Below are positions 49,669 to 59,793 of a DNA stretch of 64,000 bases, one piece after another. Where the stretch lies: NCBI GenBank assembly GCA_963762195.1, contig CAVXJX010000015.1, forward strand, positions 5,479 to 69,478, written 5' to 3'. Below the pieces are notes generated by a model that made no database searches, had not been told where the DNA came from, and saw nothing but the letters and a program-made list of their open reading frames with translations. The stretch is from an uncultured Solirubrobacterales bacterium (GTDB lineage Bacteria > Actinomycetota > Thermoleophilia > Solirubrobacterales > JBBDJG01). Each line of letters begins with the position of its first letter. Positions within the stretch are counted from its first letter, which is position 1. Made by a program: the position numbers and the translations under genes.

Positions 49669-51171
49669 TTAGCCGACACGGCGCGCAAGCGCACGCCTGA
49701 TGGTCAGTAGCTCGGCACGCGTGACCTCGCCCGTGAGGACCAGGGCCACGCAGTAGGTCACGATGCCGGTTGCTCCGCCCGCAAGCCATTCCAGCAGGCT
49801 CAGGTTCTCCGTGCCGAAGCCGACCATCACCGCTGTCATCGCACCCGCGGCGACGAGCGTGCGCACGAATGTGATGACGATCGGGCGCATCGCAAGGCCG
49901 AGCAGCTGCTTGCAGATCCAGAAGTGGGCCGGCACGTAGATCAGGTAGGCGGCGTCCGCACCGAGCGCGCTGCCGACGACGCCGATCTCCTTGAGGAGGA
50001 CGAACGAGACGGCGAAGTTGACGATCAGCGCGGCGATCGCGACCGGGATCCGGCGCCGCGCTTCGCCGAGGTAGTTGACCCCCACCGACACGAGCGGCGC
50101 GAGGCCGAAGAGATAGATGAACGGCGCCATCGCGCGCAGCACGTCGGCCGACTCCTCGAAGTCGTCGCCCAGGATGAGGTCCACGATCGGGCCTGCCCAC
50201 ACGACGACGGGCACGACCAGCGCGGCCTGCAGGATCATCAGGTAGCGGATCCCGTTCTGGAAGGCGTCCACGTTCGGTCCCTCGCGTCCGCGCGCCAGCC
50301 GCGGCGAGATGCCGGCAGACAGCGCCAGCCCGGGGTAGTGGAGGAAGGCGATCAGCTTCGCGGGCGCGGTGAACACGCCGACGGCGGTCGTGCCGAGGAT
50401 CGCGCCGATCAGCAGCGTGTCGACCGTGGTGATCACGGTGAAGACCGCGTCGATGATCAGCAGCGCCCCTGCGTAGCGCGCGATCTCCTTCATGCGCCCC
50501 GTCGTGTTGCCGCGCCGCAGCGAGAGCGTCCGCCGGTCGACCGCGCGGGCGATCAGCACGAACGCGAACAGCATGCCGAACAGGTAGCCGATGGCTCGTC
50601 CGAAAGCCGCGCCGGTGACTCCCGCGCCGGCCAGTACGAGCGCGATGCTCGCTGACGCTTCGATCGCGCTCTCGGTCGAGATCAGGCGCAGCGTGAGCGA
50701 CACCCGGCCCAGCGCCTCGAAAGCCGTGCGGTAGTAGCCGACGATGCTCTGGCCGAACACCGCGAGTGCCACGCCGCGCAACGGCCACGCCATCTCGGGA
50801 GCGTTGTACGCATTCGAGATCGGGCCTGCGAGGGCGAACAGGATCGTGCAGAGCACTCCGGAAGCGATCAGCTTCAGCTTGAGACCGTCGGTCAGCGCGT
50901 CGACGACCTGCTCGTTGTCTCCGCGGTGCTCGGCGACGAAGCGTGCGGTCGACTGCGAGATGCCGAAGTCGGCGGGCAGGAAGACCAGTGAAGCGACACC
51001 GACGGCAAGCGCGAAGACCCCGTAGTCCTCGGGCCCCAGGTACCGCACCAGAAAGATTGTGAGGATTGCCGTAAAGCTCGCGGTGGCGAGCTGGGAGGCG
51101 AGCGCGAACGCGGTGTTGCGCCTGATCGTGTCGCCCCCGTGGGGCTTCGGGGATCGACTGGCCGGACGCAT
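49669..51171 (-). CDS. Polysaccharide flippase (Wzx/MOP family)
   Basis: RYLGPEDYG, DFGIS, D.LLIG......VGVF, 12-14 TM helices. Confidence 0.88.
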   Translation of the reverse strand: MRPASRSPKPHGGDTIRRNTAFALASQLATASFTAILTIFLVRYLGPEDYGVFALAVGVASLVFLPADFGISQSTARFVAEHRGDNEQVVDALTDGLKLKLIASGVLCTILFALAGPISNAYNAPEMAWPLRGVALAVFGQSIVGYYRTAFEALGRVSLTLRLISTESAIEASASIALVLAGAGVTGAAFGRAIGYLFGMLFAFVLIARAVDRRTLSLRRGNTTGRMKEIARYAGALLIIDAVFTVITTVDTLLIGAILGTTAVGVFTAPAKLIAFLHYPGLALSAGISPRLARGREGPNVDAFQNGIRYLMILQAALVVPVVVWAGPIVDLILGDDFEESADVLRAMAPFIYLFGLAPLVSVGVNYLGEARRRIPVAIAALIVNFAVSFVLLKEIGVVGSALGADAAYLIYVPAHFWICKQLLGLAMRPIVITFVRTLVAAGAMTAVMVGFGTENLSLLEWLAGGATGIVTYCVALVLTGEVTRAELLTIRRALARRVG

Positions 51172-51378
51172 TACTGGGTCACATCGGCGTGATCGCCCGC
51201 ATCCCTGACGGGGCGCGGGAAACGTGGGCGCAGGGGACCGAGCGTCCGCAGACGGTCTTCGCACACCCGTCCACGCTGCCGCGCACGGCGGCTCAAGGCG
51301 GGCGCAAGGGTCACCGAGTGCATAGGGGAATGCCGGCGCGCCTGGGAGGGCGCGCAAAACAAGCCAGGGAGGGCTGAA

Positions 51379-52875
51379 ATGGCATCGGGAATCAAAGGCA
51401 GGATGATTGCGCGCGGGTGGATGTTGCTCGCCGCGCTTGCAACGGCGGCCGTCATTGTCGCTGCCGGGGTGGCAGACAGCCCCGCGGCGGTGTCGTGTGA
51501 CAAGGTCGCTGCGCCATCCGGATCGGACTCCGCGGCGGGAACCGTCGCAGCCCCGTACCGGACGGCCGGAAAGCTGGCCGACTCGCTGCAGCCCGGACAG
51601 ACCGGCTGCCTGCGGGCCGGCGTGTACGAGCAGAACGTCGCGATCGAGCGCGGCGGCAGTTCAGGATCGCCGATCACGCTGTCCAGCTACCCGGGCGAGC
51701 GCGCCACGGTGCGCGGGCGCTTCCGGGTGAAGGACTCGGCGAACTTCGTGACGATCGAGGATCTCGACCTCGACGGTCGTCATCCCGGCGACACGCTCCC
51801 CAGTCCGAGCGTGTACGGGGACGATGTCGTGTTCCGCGGCAACGACGTGACGAACTACCACAACGGCATCTGCTTCCTGCTCGGATCGAACGACTACGGG
51901 CGAGCGGTGCGGGTGACCATCGAGCAGAACCGGATCCACGACTGCGGAAACCTGCCGGCCGAGAACCACCACCACGGGATCTACATCGAGCACGCGGACA
52001 ACACCCGCGTGGTCGACAACTGGATCTACGACAACGCCGATCGCGGTGTGCAGATGTTCCCTGATTCACAGAACGCATACATCGCGCGCAACGTGATCGA
52101 CGGCAACGGACAGGGCGTGATCTTCACGCGCGTGTCCGCGAACAACGTCGTCGAGCACAACGTCATCTCGAACTCGGTGCTGCGCTGGAACATCGAGGAC
52201 TGGGAGCTGACGGGCGGCGGCAACGTCGCGCGGCGCGAACTGCGTGTGGACGACCCGCACCGGCTCGCTATGCGCGAGAGGGCGGAGTCATGGTCACCCG
52301 CGACTTCATCGCGTCGCAGAACCTGATCGCGGACCCGCAGTTCGTGAATCGCACGGCGAAGGACTTCCGCCTCGCTGCAGGCAGCCCGTGTGCGGCGCTG
52401 CTGACGGGCGGCGGAACACCTCCGCCGCCGGCACCACAGCCGGGGCCTGCACCAGCGCCGGTTCCGCAGCCGGAGCCACAGCCACAACCGGCTCCCCAGC
52501 CGGAGCCCGCTCCGCAGCCGGCCCCCGCTCCGGACGTGGACGAGCCACCGGTCGTGGAGATCACGAGCCCCGGCAACGGTGCCTCGTTCCGACGGACGCT
52601 GGCGATGTCGGCCTCGGCCAAGGACGACAAGCGCATCACGAGGGTCGACTTCTACGTCGACAGCCGGCTCGTGGACCGCGACACGTCCGCTCCCGTACCG
52701 GGAGACCTGGCGGGTGCGAAACCTCGGCTACGGGCCCCACACGATCGTCGCCAAGGCATACGACAGTGCCGCGCAGCTGGATGCCGATGCGGTGTCCGTG
52801 AGGCGCGTACGCGGCGGGGTGGAGGCAAAGTCGAAGGGCAGGGGGACGAAGCGCAAGGCCGGTAGCCGCCGCTAG
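51379..52875 (+). CDS. Secreted right-handed parallel beta-helix protein with Pro/Gln linker and Ig-like (Big) domain; frameshifted
   Basis: CDKVA.P.GSD...GT..APY, NRIHDCG, HGIYIE, DNWIYDNADRG, (PAPQ)n linker, V.ITSPGNG. Confidence 0.78.
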
Positions 52876-53023
52876 CGGCCCGGTTTGAGGCATCCAGGCG
52901 GCGCCGTGGCTGGGAAACGGCTCGCGGCGCCGCCAGCCTGAGCAGTCCATTGCAGCCCTCAAGGGGGTATGCGTGGGCCCGCCGATGGGTTGCCTCGCAA
53001 GCGACTTAGGGGGAAACCCAAGG

Positions 53024-54381
53024 ATGAAGCTCAAGACGCAAGTTGCGATGTACACAGGAATGGCTGCAATCGCAGTTGGTGCCATGGGAGGAGCTCAGGC
53101 CGGCGCGGCAGGCTGCGACAAGGTCGCCTCGCCGCTCGGGTCAGACGCATATCGACGGCACCACCGCCGCGCCGTACGCGACGGTCGAGCATCTCGCGAA
53201 CTCGCTGTCCGCGGGCCAGACCGGGTGCCTGCGCGCCGGGATCTTCCAGGGAGACGTGGATGTCAGAGAGGGAGGCAGCGGAAGCGCACCGACCACGGTC
53301 ACGAGCTACCCGGGCGAGCGGGCGACGATCGTCGGCCGCGTCCAGGTCACCGACGAGGCGAACAACGTCGTGTTCCAGGGGCTGGACCTGAACGGGCGAA
53401 ACGGCGACAACCTGCCGAGCCCGAGCATCTACGGGGACGGCGTCGCGTTCCGCGACAACGACGTCACGAACGACCACACGACGATCTGCTTCATCGTCGG
53501 GAGCGACTCGTACGGACGCGCCCGGGGCACCGTGATCGAGCGCAACCGCATTCACAACTGCGGCGAGCTGCCCGCGACGAACCACCACCACGGGATCTAC
53601 GTCGAGGCCTCGGACGGGGCGCGCATCACCGACAACTGGATCTATGACAACGCGGACCGGGGAGTGCAGATGTACCCCGACGCGCAGGGCACGCTACGTG
53701 GCCCGCAACGTGATCGACGGCAACGGCCAGGGCGTGATCTTCACGCGCACGTCCGCGAACAACGTCGTCGAGAACAACGTCATCTCCAACCCGGCCCTGC
53801 GCTACAACATCGAGGACTGGGAGCTGAGCGGCGGCGGCAACGTCGCACGGCGCAACTGCCTGTGGAGCGCTCGCCACCAGGGTGCTGGGCTGCAGCCGGG
53901 TCTCACGGTGTCTGTTCTCCAGAACGTCGTGATCGAGCCGCCTTTCGTGAACCGGCGAGGAAAGGACTTCCGCGTGCCGGCGGGCTTCCCGTGCACGAAC
54001 AACTTCGCGGGAGCGCCTGCCCAGAGGGTGGCGAAGCCAAAGAAGCGTGCCCGGCCGGTGCGGCTGCGCGCCGTGACCCGTGCCGTGTGGCCGGGTGGCC
54101 GCCTGCGCCTGCGGGCGAAGGTGAAGTCCGTGAGCGCGCGTGCCTCCGCCTCGAAGAAGGCGGTGCTGAAGGTGCGAGTCGGCAACCGCTGGCGCCGTGT
54201 CGCGACGATGCGACTGCGCGGGGTGCCCTACGTCGCGAAGCCGCAGCTCGGCCGCATCGGGCGGCGGGCGCGTCCCTTCGGGATGACGCGTGTGAGGCGC
54301 CACTCCGGGACGCTCAAGCTGCGGGCATACGTGCCCGGCGTCGGGCGTAGCAACATCGTTCGGGTGCGTGTAGGGAAGTAA
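53024..54381 (+). CDS. Second parallel beta-helix paralogue with basic C-terminal domain; frameshifted
   Basis: Highly similar core to the 51379 gene (SYPGERAT, LPSPS.YGD, HHHGIY, NIEDWEL.GGGN). Confidence 0.78.
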
Positions 54382-54384
54382 GGG

Positions 54385-54464
54385 GAGTACGCGAGTTACG
54401 GAGTTCGGAGTTACGCAGTTACGCAGTTCGCAGGAAAACCAAAAACCTGCGGACTGCGGACTGC
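54385..54464 (+). repeat. Octamer repeat array with inverted arm
   Basis: GAGTTACG GAGTTCG GAGTTACG CAGTTACG CAGTTCGCAGGAAAACC ... CCTGCGGACTGCGGACTGC. Confidence 0.85.
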
Positions 54465-54795
54465 CGTGCGCTCCGCTAGCCGGCGGAGTGTCACGAGACT
54501 TCAAGGAAAGGTCGCGATCACGGGCGACAGCCTGCCGCGTTGCGCATTGGCCACTGAACTTTCCCCCTGGCCATGCGTGGAAGTGGACCCAACGGGGGAA
54601 AGTTCGGCGATCGCCGCCAGGCGCTCACCGCACCCCACACGCCTAGCGCGCAGACGGCTCATTTGCCACCCACGCGTGCGCCTTGCATTGCAGATCAGGT
54701 GTCGCTCGCGAACCCGCGCAGGCGGCCGGACCCTCTCCCTTACCCACCCGGTTTTCCGGACTCGCAAGACGAAACAACGTCTTCGGAAACTACAG

Positions 54796-55563
54796 CTAGC
54801 CGCGACGTAGCTTCCGGCGCGCGCGGTCGACTGTGTCCCATGCTCGGGAGGAGCGCAGCCGTCGCAGCGTCGGCGACACCTTCAGGCGGAACCGGCGGTC
54901 GTCGTCGGTGTGGTAGACGCCCACCCGCGGCCACTCGAGCGGGCGCGCCTCGTGAAAGCGCGCGGGCAGCGTGCAGGCGGCCTGATACCCGGCCCTTCCC
55001 GCCGCCTCCGCGACGCGCTCGTCGTAGTCCCCGTACGGGTAGGCCACGGTGAGGCAGGGACGCCCGAGGTGGCGCTCGCACTCCGTCCGCGACACGATCA
55101 GCTCACGGTCGAGCGAGTCGATGTCGAGCTCGGTCAGGTGCGGGTGCGAGCACGTGTGGGAGCCGATCTCCCAGCCTGCCTCGGCGAGGCGGCGCAGCTG
55201 CTCCCAGCTCATCGGTCGCAGCTCCGCCTCGTGCGGGCCGCCGGCCCACTGATCGATGCCGGGCCACACCATGGGCCCGTCGCGCTCGGGGTAGTCCGTG
55301 GGCACGAACACCGTTCCCACCAGGCCGAGCCGGTCCATGATCGGCTTCGCCAGATCCAGCACCGACAGGTAGGCGTCGTCGAAGGTCACGACCATCGTGC
55401 GCTCGCCCTGCGGCGACGACACGGCCTCGCGGAATGTCGCGCCGCGATAACCACGGTCCACCAGCAGCTTCAGCTGGCGCTCGAACGTCTCGGGGGTGAC
55501 CGACAGGGCAGCGGGCCAGCTGGGACTGACCGCGTGGTAGCAGAGGACGAGTACGTCGGCCAC
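54796..55563 (-). CDS. Polysaccharide deacetylase (NodB/CE4)
   Basis: LCYHAV, VTFDDAY, IGSHTCSH, AYPYG. Confidence 0.92.
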   Translation of the reverse strand: MADVLVLCYHAVSPSWPAALSVTPETFERQLKLLVDRGYRGATFREAVSSPQGERTMVVTFDDAYLSVLDLAKPIMDRLGLVGTVFVPTDYPERDGPMVWPGIDQWAGGPHEAELRPMSWEQLRRLAEAGWEIGSHTCSHPHLTELDIDSLDRELIVSRTECERHLGRPCLTVAYPYGDYDERVAEAAGRAGYQAACTLPARFHEARPLEWPRVGVYHTDDDRRFRLKVSPTLRRLRSSRAWDTVDRARRKLRRG

Positions 55564-55569
55564 TGGTGC

Positions 55570-56541
55570 CTAGGCGCGTCGCAGCCGCCGCATGCGCTTC
55601 GACATGAACTCGTTGCGCGGAACGGCGAGGCGGAACAGCACCTTGCGCGCAAACGCCCGGTTGCGGCACAGGCGCGACTCCGCGTAGGCGGCGAACCGCT
55701 TTGCCGTCTCGGCGAACTCGGGCCGCGGCGCGATCACGTGCATCGCCTCGAGCTGGCTCGTGTGAAGCGCGTGGTAGAAGGAGCTGGCGACGTTCAGGAC
55801 CGGATGCGGGAAGAGGTCGTAGCGCGACCAGTAGCCCGTGTCCCAGCGGTGGAGGTTCGCGGCCAGCATTTCCGCGCCCTGCTCGAACGCGGCCGTGGCC
55901 TGCGCATCCTGGAGGCCCATCCCGACGTCGTAGTAGCCCCACAGGGCGAAGATGCCGCCGTTCAGGACGAACGAGGGGGGCGCGGTCGGGTACTCCTCGG
56001 GCCAGGGGCGACCGTCGAGCGTCGCCTGCACGCCGCCGGCCTCGCTGGGCAGCGACATCGCGCGCACGGCCCGCCGCGCGGCCGCGGCGTAGCGCTCGTC
56101 GCGCGTCTCGAGGTACAGGCGGGTGAGCAGGCTGGCGCCCTCGCCCTGCGCCATCGCCGACGGCCAGCCGGCGGGCAGCTGGAAGGTCTTCGTGTAGGGG
56201 AGGCGGTTGAGCCACATTCCGTCGCGCTCGCCACCCTCGACCTGTTGCGAGAGGGCGTACTCGCCCACGTCGACGGCGTTCCGCAGCCACTGCTCGCCTT
56301 CGCCGGCCAGGTAGCGCTCGTAGGCGCCGAGCCCCCACTGGTGCACGCGCACCCAGAGCCGGTCCTCCAGCCGGCCCAGCGACGGGTGCGGCCACACGGC
56401 CTCCTCCGCCTTCACGGTCAGGTCGATGTAGTAGCCGCGCACACCCGCGGGATCGAAACGCGTTCCGGCCGGCAGCGAGAAGCTGCGCGCACTCGAGAAG
56501 AAGTCGGGGTAGCTGCGGCTTGGCTGGGCAGTAGAGGCCAT
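55570..56541 (-). CDS. D-glucuronyl C5-epimerase family protein
   Basis: WPSAMAQGEGASLL.R, EEYPT.PPSFVLNG.IFALWG, D.GYWSRYDL, YH.LH..QL. Confidence 0.88.
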   Translation of the reverse strand: MASTAQPSRSYPDFFSSARSFSLPAGTRFDPAGVRGYYIDLTVKAEEAVWPHPSLGRLEDRLWVRVHQWGLGAYERYLAGEGEQWLRNAVDVGEYALSQQVEGGERDGMWLNRLPYTKTFQLPAGWPSAMAQGEGASLLTRLYLETRDERYAAAARRAVRAMSLPSEAGGVQATLDGRPWPEEYPTAPPSFVLNGGIFALWGYYDVGMGLQDAQATAAFEQGAEMLAANLHRWDTGYWSRYDLFPHPVLNVASSFYHALHTSQLEAMHVIAPRPEFAETAKRFAAYAESRLCRNRAFARKVLFRLAVPRNEFMSKRMRRLRRA

Positions 56542-56597
56542 GAGAACGGAACGAGGAATACATCGGCCGCCGGGGGCTGGGTCATGATATTCAGCGC

Positions 56598-57743
56598 ATG
56601 TCCCCCCAAAAGCTGCGGGTGGTGACGCTGGTCGATCGCCTGGGGACCGGCGGCGCCGAGCGCCTCGCGATCCAGACCACCACGCGGCTCGACCCCGAGC
56701 GCTTCGACCGCACGCTGTGCGCAAGCCGGCGCTTCGACGTCGCGATCTCCAAGCGCCACGTGGCGAATGCGCTCGCCGACCTGGAGGCCGCAGACGTGCA
56801 CGTCATGGGGCTGAAGCGCACCTCGGCGCGTCAGCTGTGGGCGTGGTGGCCCCTGTACCGGTTCCTGCGACGCGAGCGGGTCGACGTGCTGCACGCGCAC
56901 AAGTTCGGCTCCAACCTGTGGGGCACCGTGATCGGGCGCCTTGCCCGCGTCCCCGTGATCGTCGCGCACGAGCACACTTGGTCCTATCAAGGGCAGCCGT
57001 TACGGAGGTTTGGCGATCGTGAAGTCATCGCGCGTGGTTCATCGGCCTTCATCGCGGTCTCCCGCGAGGACCGTCGCCGCATGATCGAGGTCGAGGGGAT
57101 CGATCCCGAGGACGTGATGTTCATGCCCAACGGGATTCCGACGCCACCACCGCCGACCGGCGCCGACGTGCGCGCCGAGCTCGGGATCGCACCGGACGCG
57201 CCGGTGATCGGCACGGTCAGCGTGATGCGTCCGCAGAAGGCGCTCGACGTGCTGCTGCGCGCAACTCGGACGCTGGTGGACGAGTTCCCGGGCCTGCGCG
57301 TGCTGATCGCCGGTGAAGGGGACGAGCGAGTGGCACTCGAGGAGCTCACGGCGGAGCTCGGCATCGGCGACAACGTGGTGTTCCTGGGAGTGCGCACGGA
57401 CATTCCCGACGTGCTCGACGCGCTCGACATCGCGGTCAGCTCGTCCGACTTCGAGGGCAGCCCGCTGTCGGTGATGGAGTACATGGAGGCCGCGCGTCCC
57501 GTCGTGGCCACGCGCGTCGGGGGAGTGCCCGACCTGATCGACGACGGCGTGCACGGCCTGCTCGTGGAGCCGCAGGATCCAGATGCCTTCGCCGCGGCGG
57601 TGGCGAAGCTGCTGCGCGACCCGGCCCGGGCGGCGGACATGGGCCGGCGAGGACAGGAGCGCCGCCGAGCGGAGTTCGACATTGACGTGATGGTGAAGCG
57701 GCTCGAGGAGTTGTATGTGAGGCTTCGGGCGGAAGCGAGCTAG
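56598..57743 (+). CDS. Glycosyltransferase family 4
   Basis: GGAER, HEH, PNGI, QKA, EGSPLSVMEYM.A.RPVVATRVGG. Confidence 0.92.
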   Translation: MSPQKLRVVTLVDRLGTGGAERLAIQTTTRLDPERFDRTLCASRRFDVAISKRHVANALADLEAADVHVMGLKRTSARQLWAWWPLYRFLRRERVDVLHAHKFGSNLWGTVIGRLARVPVIVAHEHTWSYQGQPLRRFGDREVIARGSSAFIAVSREDRRRMIEVEGIDPEDVMFMPNGIPTPPPPTGADVRAELGIAPDAPVIGTVSVMRPQKALDVLLRATRTLVDEFPGLRVLIAGEGDERVALEELTAELGIGDNVVFLGVRTDIPDVLDALDIAVSSSDFEGSPLSVMEYMEAARPVVATRVGGVPDLIDDGVHGLLVEPQDPDAFAAAVAKLLRDPARAADMGRRGQERRRAEFDIDVMVKRLEELYVRLRAEAS

Positions 57744-57775
57744 TTACGCAGTTACGCAGTTACGCGGTTCGCAGG
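57742..57775 (+). repeat. (AGTTACGC)3-GGTTCGCAGG repeat between convergent genes
   Basis: Nearly identical to 29909-29946. Confidence 0.9.
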
Positions 57776-58834
57776 GCTTTCACTACTGCCGCCGTGACTT
57801 CTGATGTGGGCGTGGGGTGCGATGGCTTTAGGTCGTACGTCAGGGTTTGGCCCTCTTCTATGACCGCGGCTATGGCTCCCTCGAGGCGCGTCGGCTGCTT
57901 CCTGCTCTCCGACGTGGCGCAGCAGCATCACTCCCGACAGCATCAGTGCGAACGGGTTTGCGCGGTCTTGGCCGGCGTGGCGGGGGGCTGAGCCGTGCAC
58001 GGCTTCGAACACGGCTGCGGTATCGCCGACGTTTGCGCCGGGGGCCATGCCGAGGCCGCCCACGAGTCCGGCGGCGACGTCGGACACGATGTCGCCGTAC
58101 ATGATCGGCGACAGCAGCACGTCGCACTGCTCGGGATGCGAGACGAGCTGGTGGCAGACGTTGTCCACGAGCCGGTCGTCGAACTCGACGTCGGGGTAGC
58201 CGTCGGCGACATCGCGACAAGCGTCGAGAAAGACGCCGTCGGTGAACCGCATGACCGTCGCCTTGTGCACGGCTGTGACCTTGCGGCGTTCGTTGGCATG
58301 CGCGTACTCGAACGCGCGCTTAGCGACACGCGCCGACGCGGGTCCCGACAGCGGCTTCAAGGAGACACCCGTTTCGGGTGACAACTCGACTCCACGCGTC
58401 TCGCGCACCAGCCGCCGCAGCTCGTCCGTGGCCGCCTCGTCGTGGCGATACTCGATGCCTGCGTAGAGGTCCTCGTGGTTCATGCGGACCACGACGACGT
58501 CGGTACCGGGGAACGGCGAGCGCACACCCGCGTAGTGCTTGCAGGGCCGGATGCCCGCATACAGGTCGAGCTCCTTGCGCAGCGCGATGTTGAGGGAGCG
58601 AAACCCCTTGCCGGCCGGTGTCGACGTGGGCCCCTTGAGAGCCACCCCGCGCTCCCTCACCGAGGCGATCGTGCGCTCGAGCAGCGGCGGCCCCTCGCGG
58701 GCGTAGGACTCCGCGCCCATCTCCTGGACGTCCCACTCGAACGGGACTCCGGTCGCCTCCAGCGCGCGCCTGGCAGCAGCGGAGACCTCGGGCCCGATGC
58801 CGTCGCCCGGGATCAGGGTTACGTGGTGGGTCAC
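57752..58834 (-). CDS. Isocitrate/isopropylmalate dehydrogenase family beta-decarboxylating dehydrogenase
   Basis: IPGDGIGPEV, ALKGP, SLNIALR, VHKA, YGDIVSD, FEAVHGSAP; indel near the 3' end. Confidence 0.9.
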   Translation of the reverse strand: MTHHVTLIPGDGIGPEVSAAARRALEATGVPFEWDVQEMGAESYAREGPPLLERTIASVRERGVALKGPTSTPAGKGFRSLNIALRKELDLYAGIRPCKHYAGVRSPFPGTDVVVVRMNHEDLYAGIEYRHDEAATDELRRLVRETRGVELSPETGVSLKPLSGPASARVAKRAFEYAHANERRKVTAVHKATVMRFTDGVFLDACRDVADGYPDVEFDDRLVDNVCHQLVSHPEQCDVLLSPIMYGDIVSDVAAGLVGGLGMAPGANVGDTAAVFEAVHGSAPRHAGQDRANPFALMLSGVMLLRHVGEQEAADAPRGSHSRGHRRGPNPDVRPKAIAPHAHIRSHGGSSESPANRVTA

Positions 58835-59018
58835 GGGTCACAAGGTACGGCCCTGTACGGGGGAATCCTCTACCCTGGAGCGGCACGGATCGCCCCCCGA
58901 GAAAGGCGCTGTTCAGGTCCTCCGCCGCACGGATCTGACCGTCTGGAGCCCAATGCGCTCAAGTGTTCGCCCGCCGGTGGCGAAACAAGACGGGTACGGC
59001 GTCAAATGGAGGTTTCTG

Positions 59019-59747
59019 ATGGTTGGTAAGCCGCAGTCAGCCGAGATGCACCCCGGTCCGGGATTCCGCCTGCGTTACGAGATCGAGCGCCCCGACCCGG
59101 AGACAGTGTCGGGATTGAGCCGGCATCAGACGCCGGACATCTCCGACCTGATGAACCGGCTCTACGCAATGGAGCCGGAAATCAGGAACATGACCGACCC
59201 GGACCTGCGCCTCGTGGGACCGGCGTGCACGGTCAAGGTGTACCCGGGGGACAACCTGATGGTCCACAAGGCCCTCGACATCGCCCAGCCCGGTGATGTG
59301 ATCGTCGTGGACACGAGCTCTTCCTCGCTGACCGCCGTGCTCGGCGACCTGGTCTGCACCAAGGCCCGGCACCGCGGCGTCGCGGGCTTCATCGTCGACG
59401 GCCTGATCCGCGACCTGCCTGCCATCAAGCGCCTCGGTGACTTTCCTGTGTTCGCACGGGACGTGACGCCGAAGGGCCCGCTGCACCGCGGCCCTGGCGA
59501 GATCGGTTACCCGATCTCCTGCGGCGGAATCGTCGTGAACCCCGGTGACGTGGTCGTCGCCGACCTCAATGGCGTCGTGATCGTCCCCAGAGACATCTCG
59601 GACGAGCTGCTCTCACGCCTCGACTCGAAGGCCGCGAAGGAGTCGGATTACGTCACGGCCGTCGCGCGCGGCGACTTCAACAACGACTGGGTCGACGCGA
59701 TGCTCGAGGCGAACGGCGTCGAGGTCCGGCAGCCCGCCAAGCACTAG
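59019..59747 (+). CDS. RraA/HMG-CHA aldolase family protein
   Basis: GPACTVKV.PGDNL, PGDVIVVD, A.LGD, VDG.IRD, V.PGDVVVAD.NGVV. Confidence 0.85.
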   Translation: MVGKPQSAEMHPGPGFRLRYEIERPDPETVSGLSRHQTPDISDLMNRLYAMEPEIRNMTDPDLRLVGPACTVKVYPGDNLMVHKALDIAQPGDVIVVDTSSSSLTAVLGDLVCTKARHRGVAGFIVDGLIRDLPAIKRLGDFPVFARDVTPKGPLHRGPGEIGYPISCGGIVVNPGDVVVADLNGVVIVPRDISDELLSRLDSKAAKESDYVTAVARGDFNNDWVDAMLEANGVEVRQPAKH

Positions 59748-59793
59748 CCGCCTCGGCGGTTTCAGGGAAGACAGCAGAAGGTACGGAGCGCCA

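Noticed and set aside
46745-50788. 1347-aa minus-strand ORF and other long shadow ORFs
   Set aside because: Mostly Arg/Pro/Gly-rich off-frame or antisense translation typical of high-GC DNA; only the GT4 segments are real.
52420-52535. Tandem GC-rich repeat
   Set aside because: Simply encodes a Pro/Ala/Gln/Glu linker between protein domains.
52876-53023. Riboswitch in the leaders of the beta-helix genes or the ferredoxin
   Set aside because: Some pairing is possible, but I recognised no conserved riboswitch core; an Rfam scan would be needed.
1007-58834. Many frameshifted genes as pseudogenes or programmed frameshifts
   Set aside because: Indels hit core genes (nuoL/M/N, thyX, mrp, cytochrome c) at scattered sites, with no accumulation of in-frame stops and intact codon bias; this pattern fits long-read assembly error.
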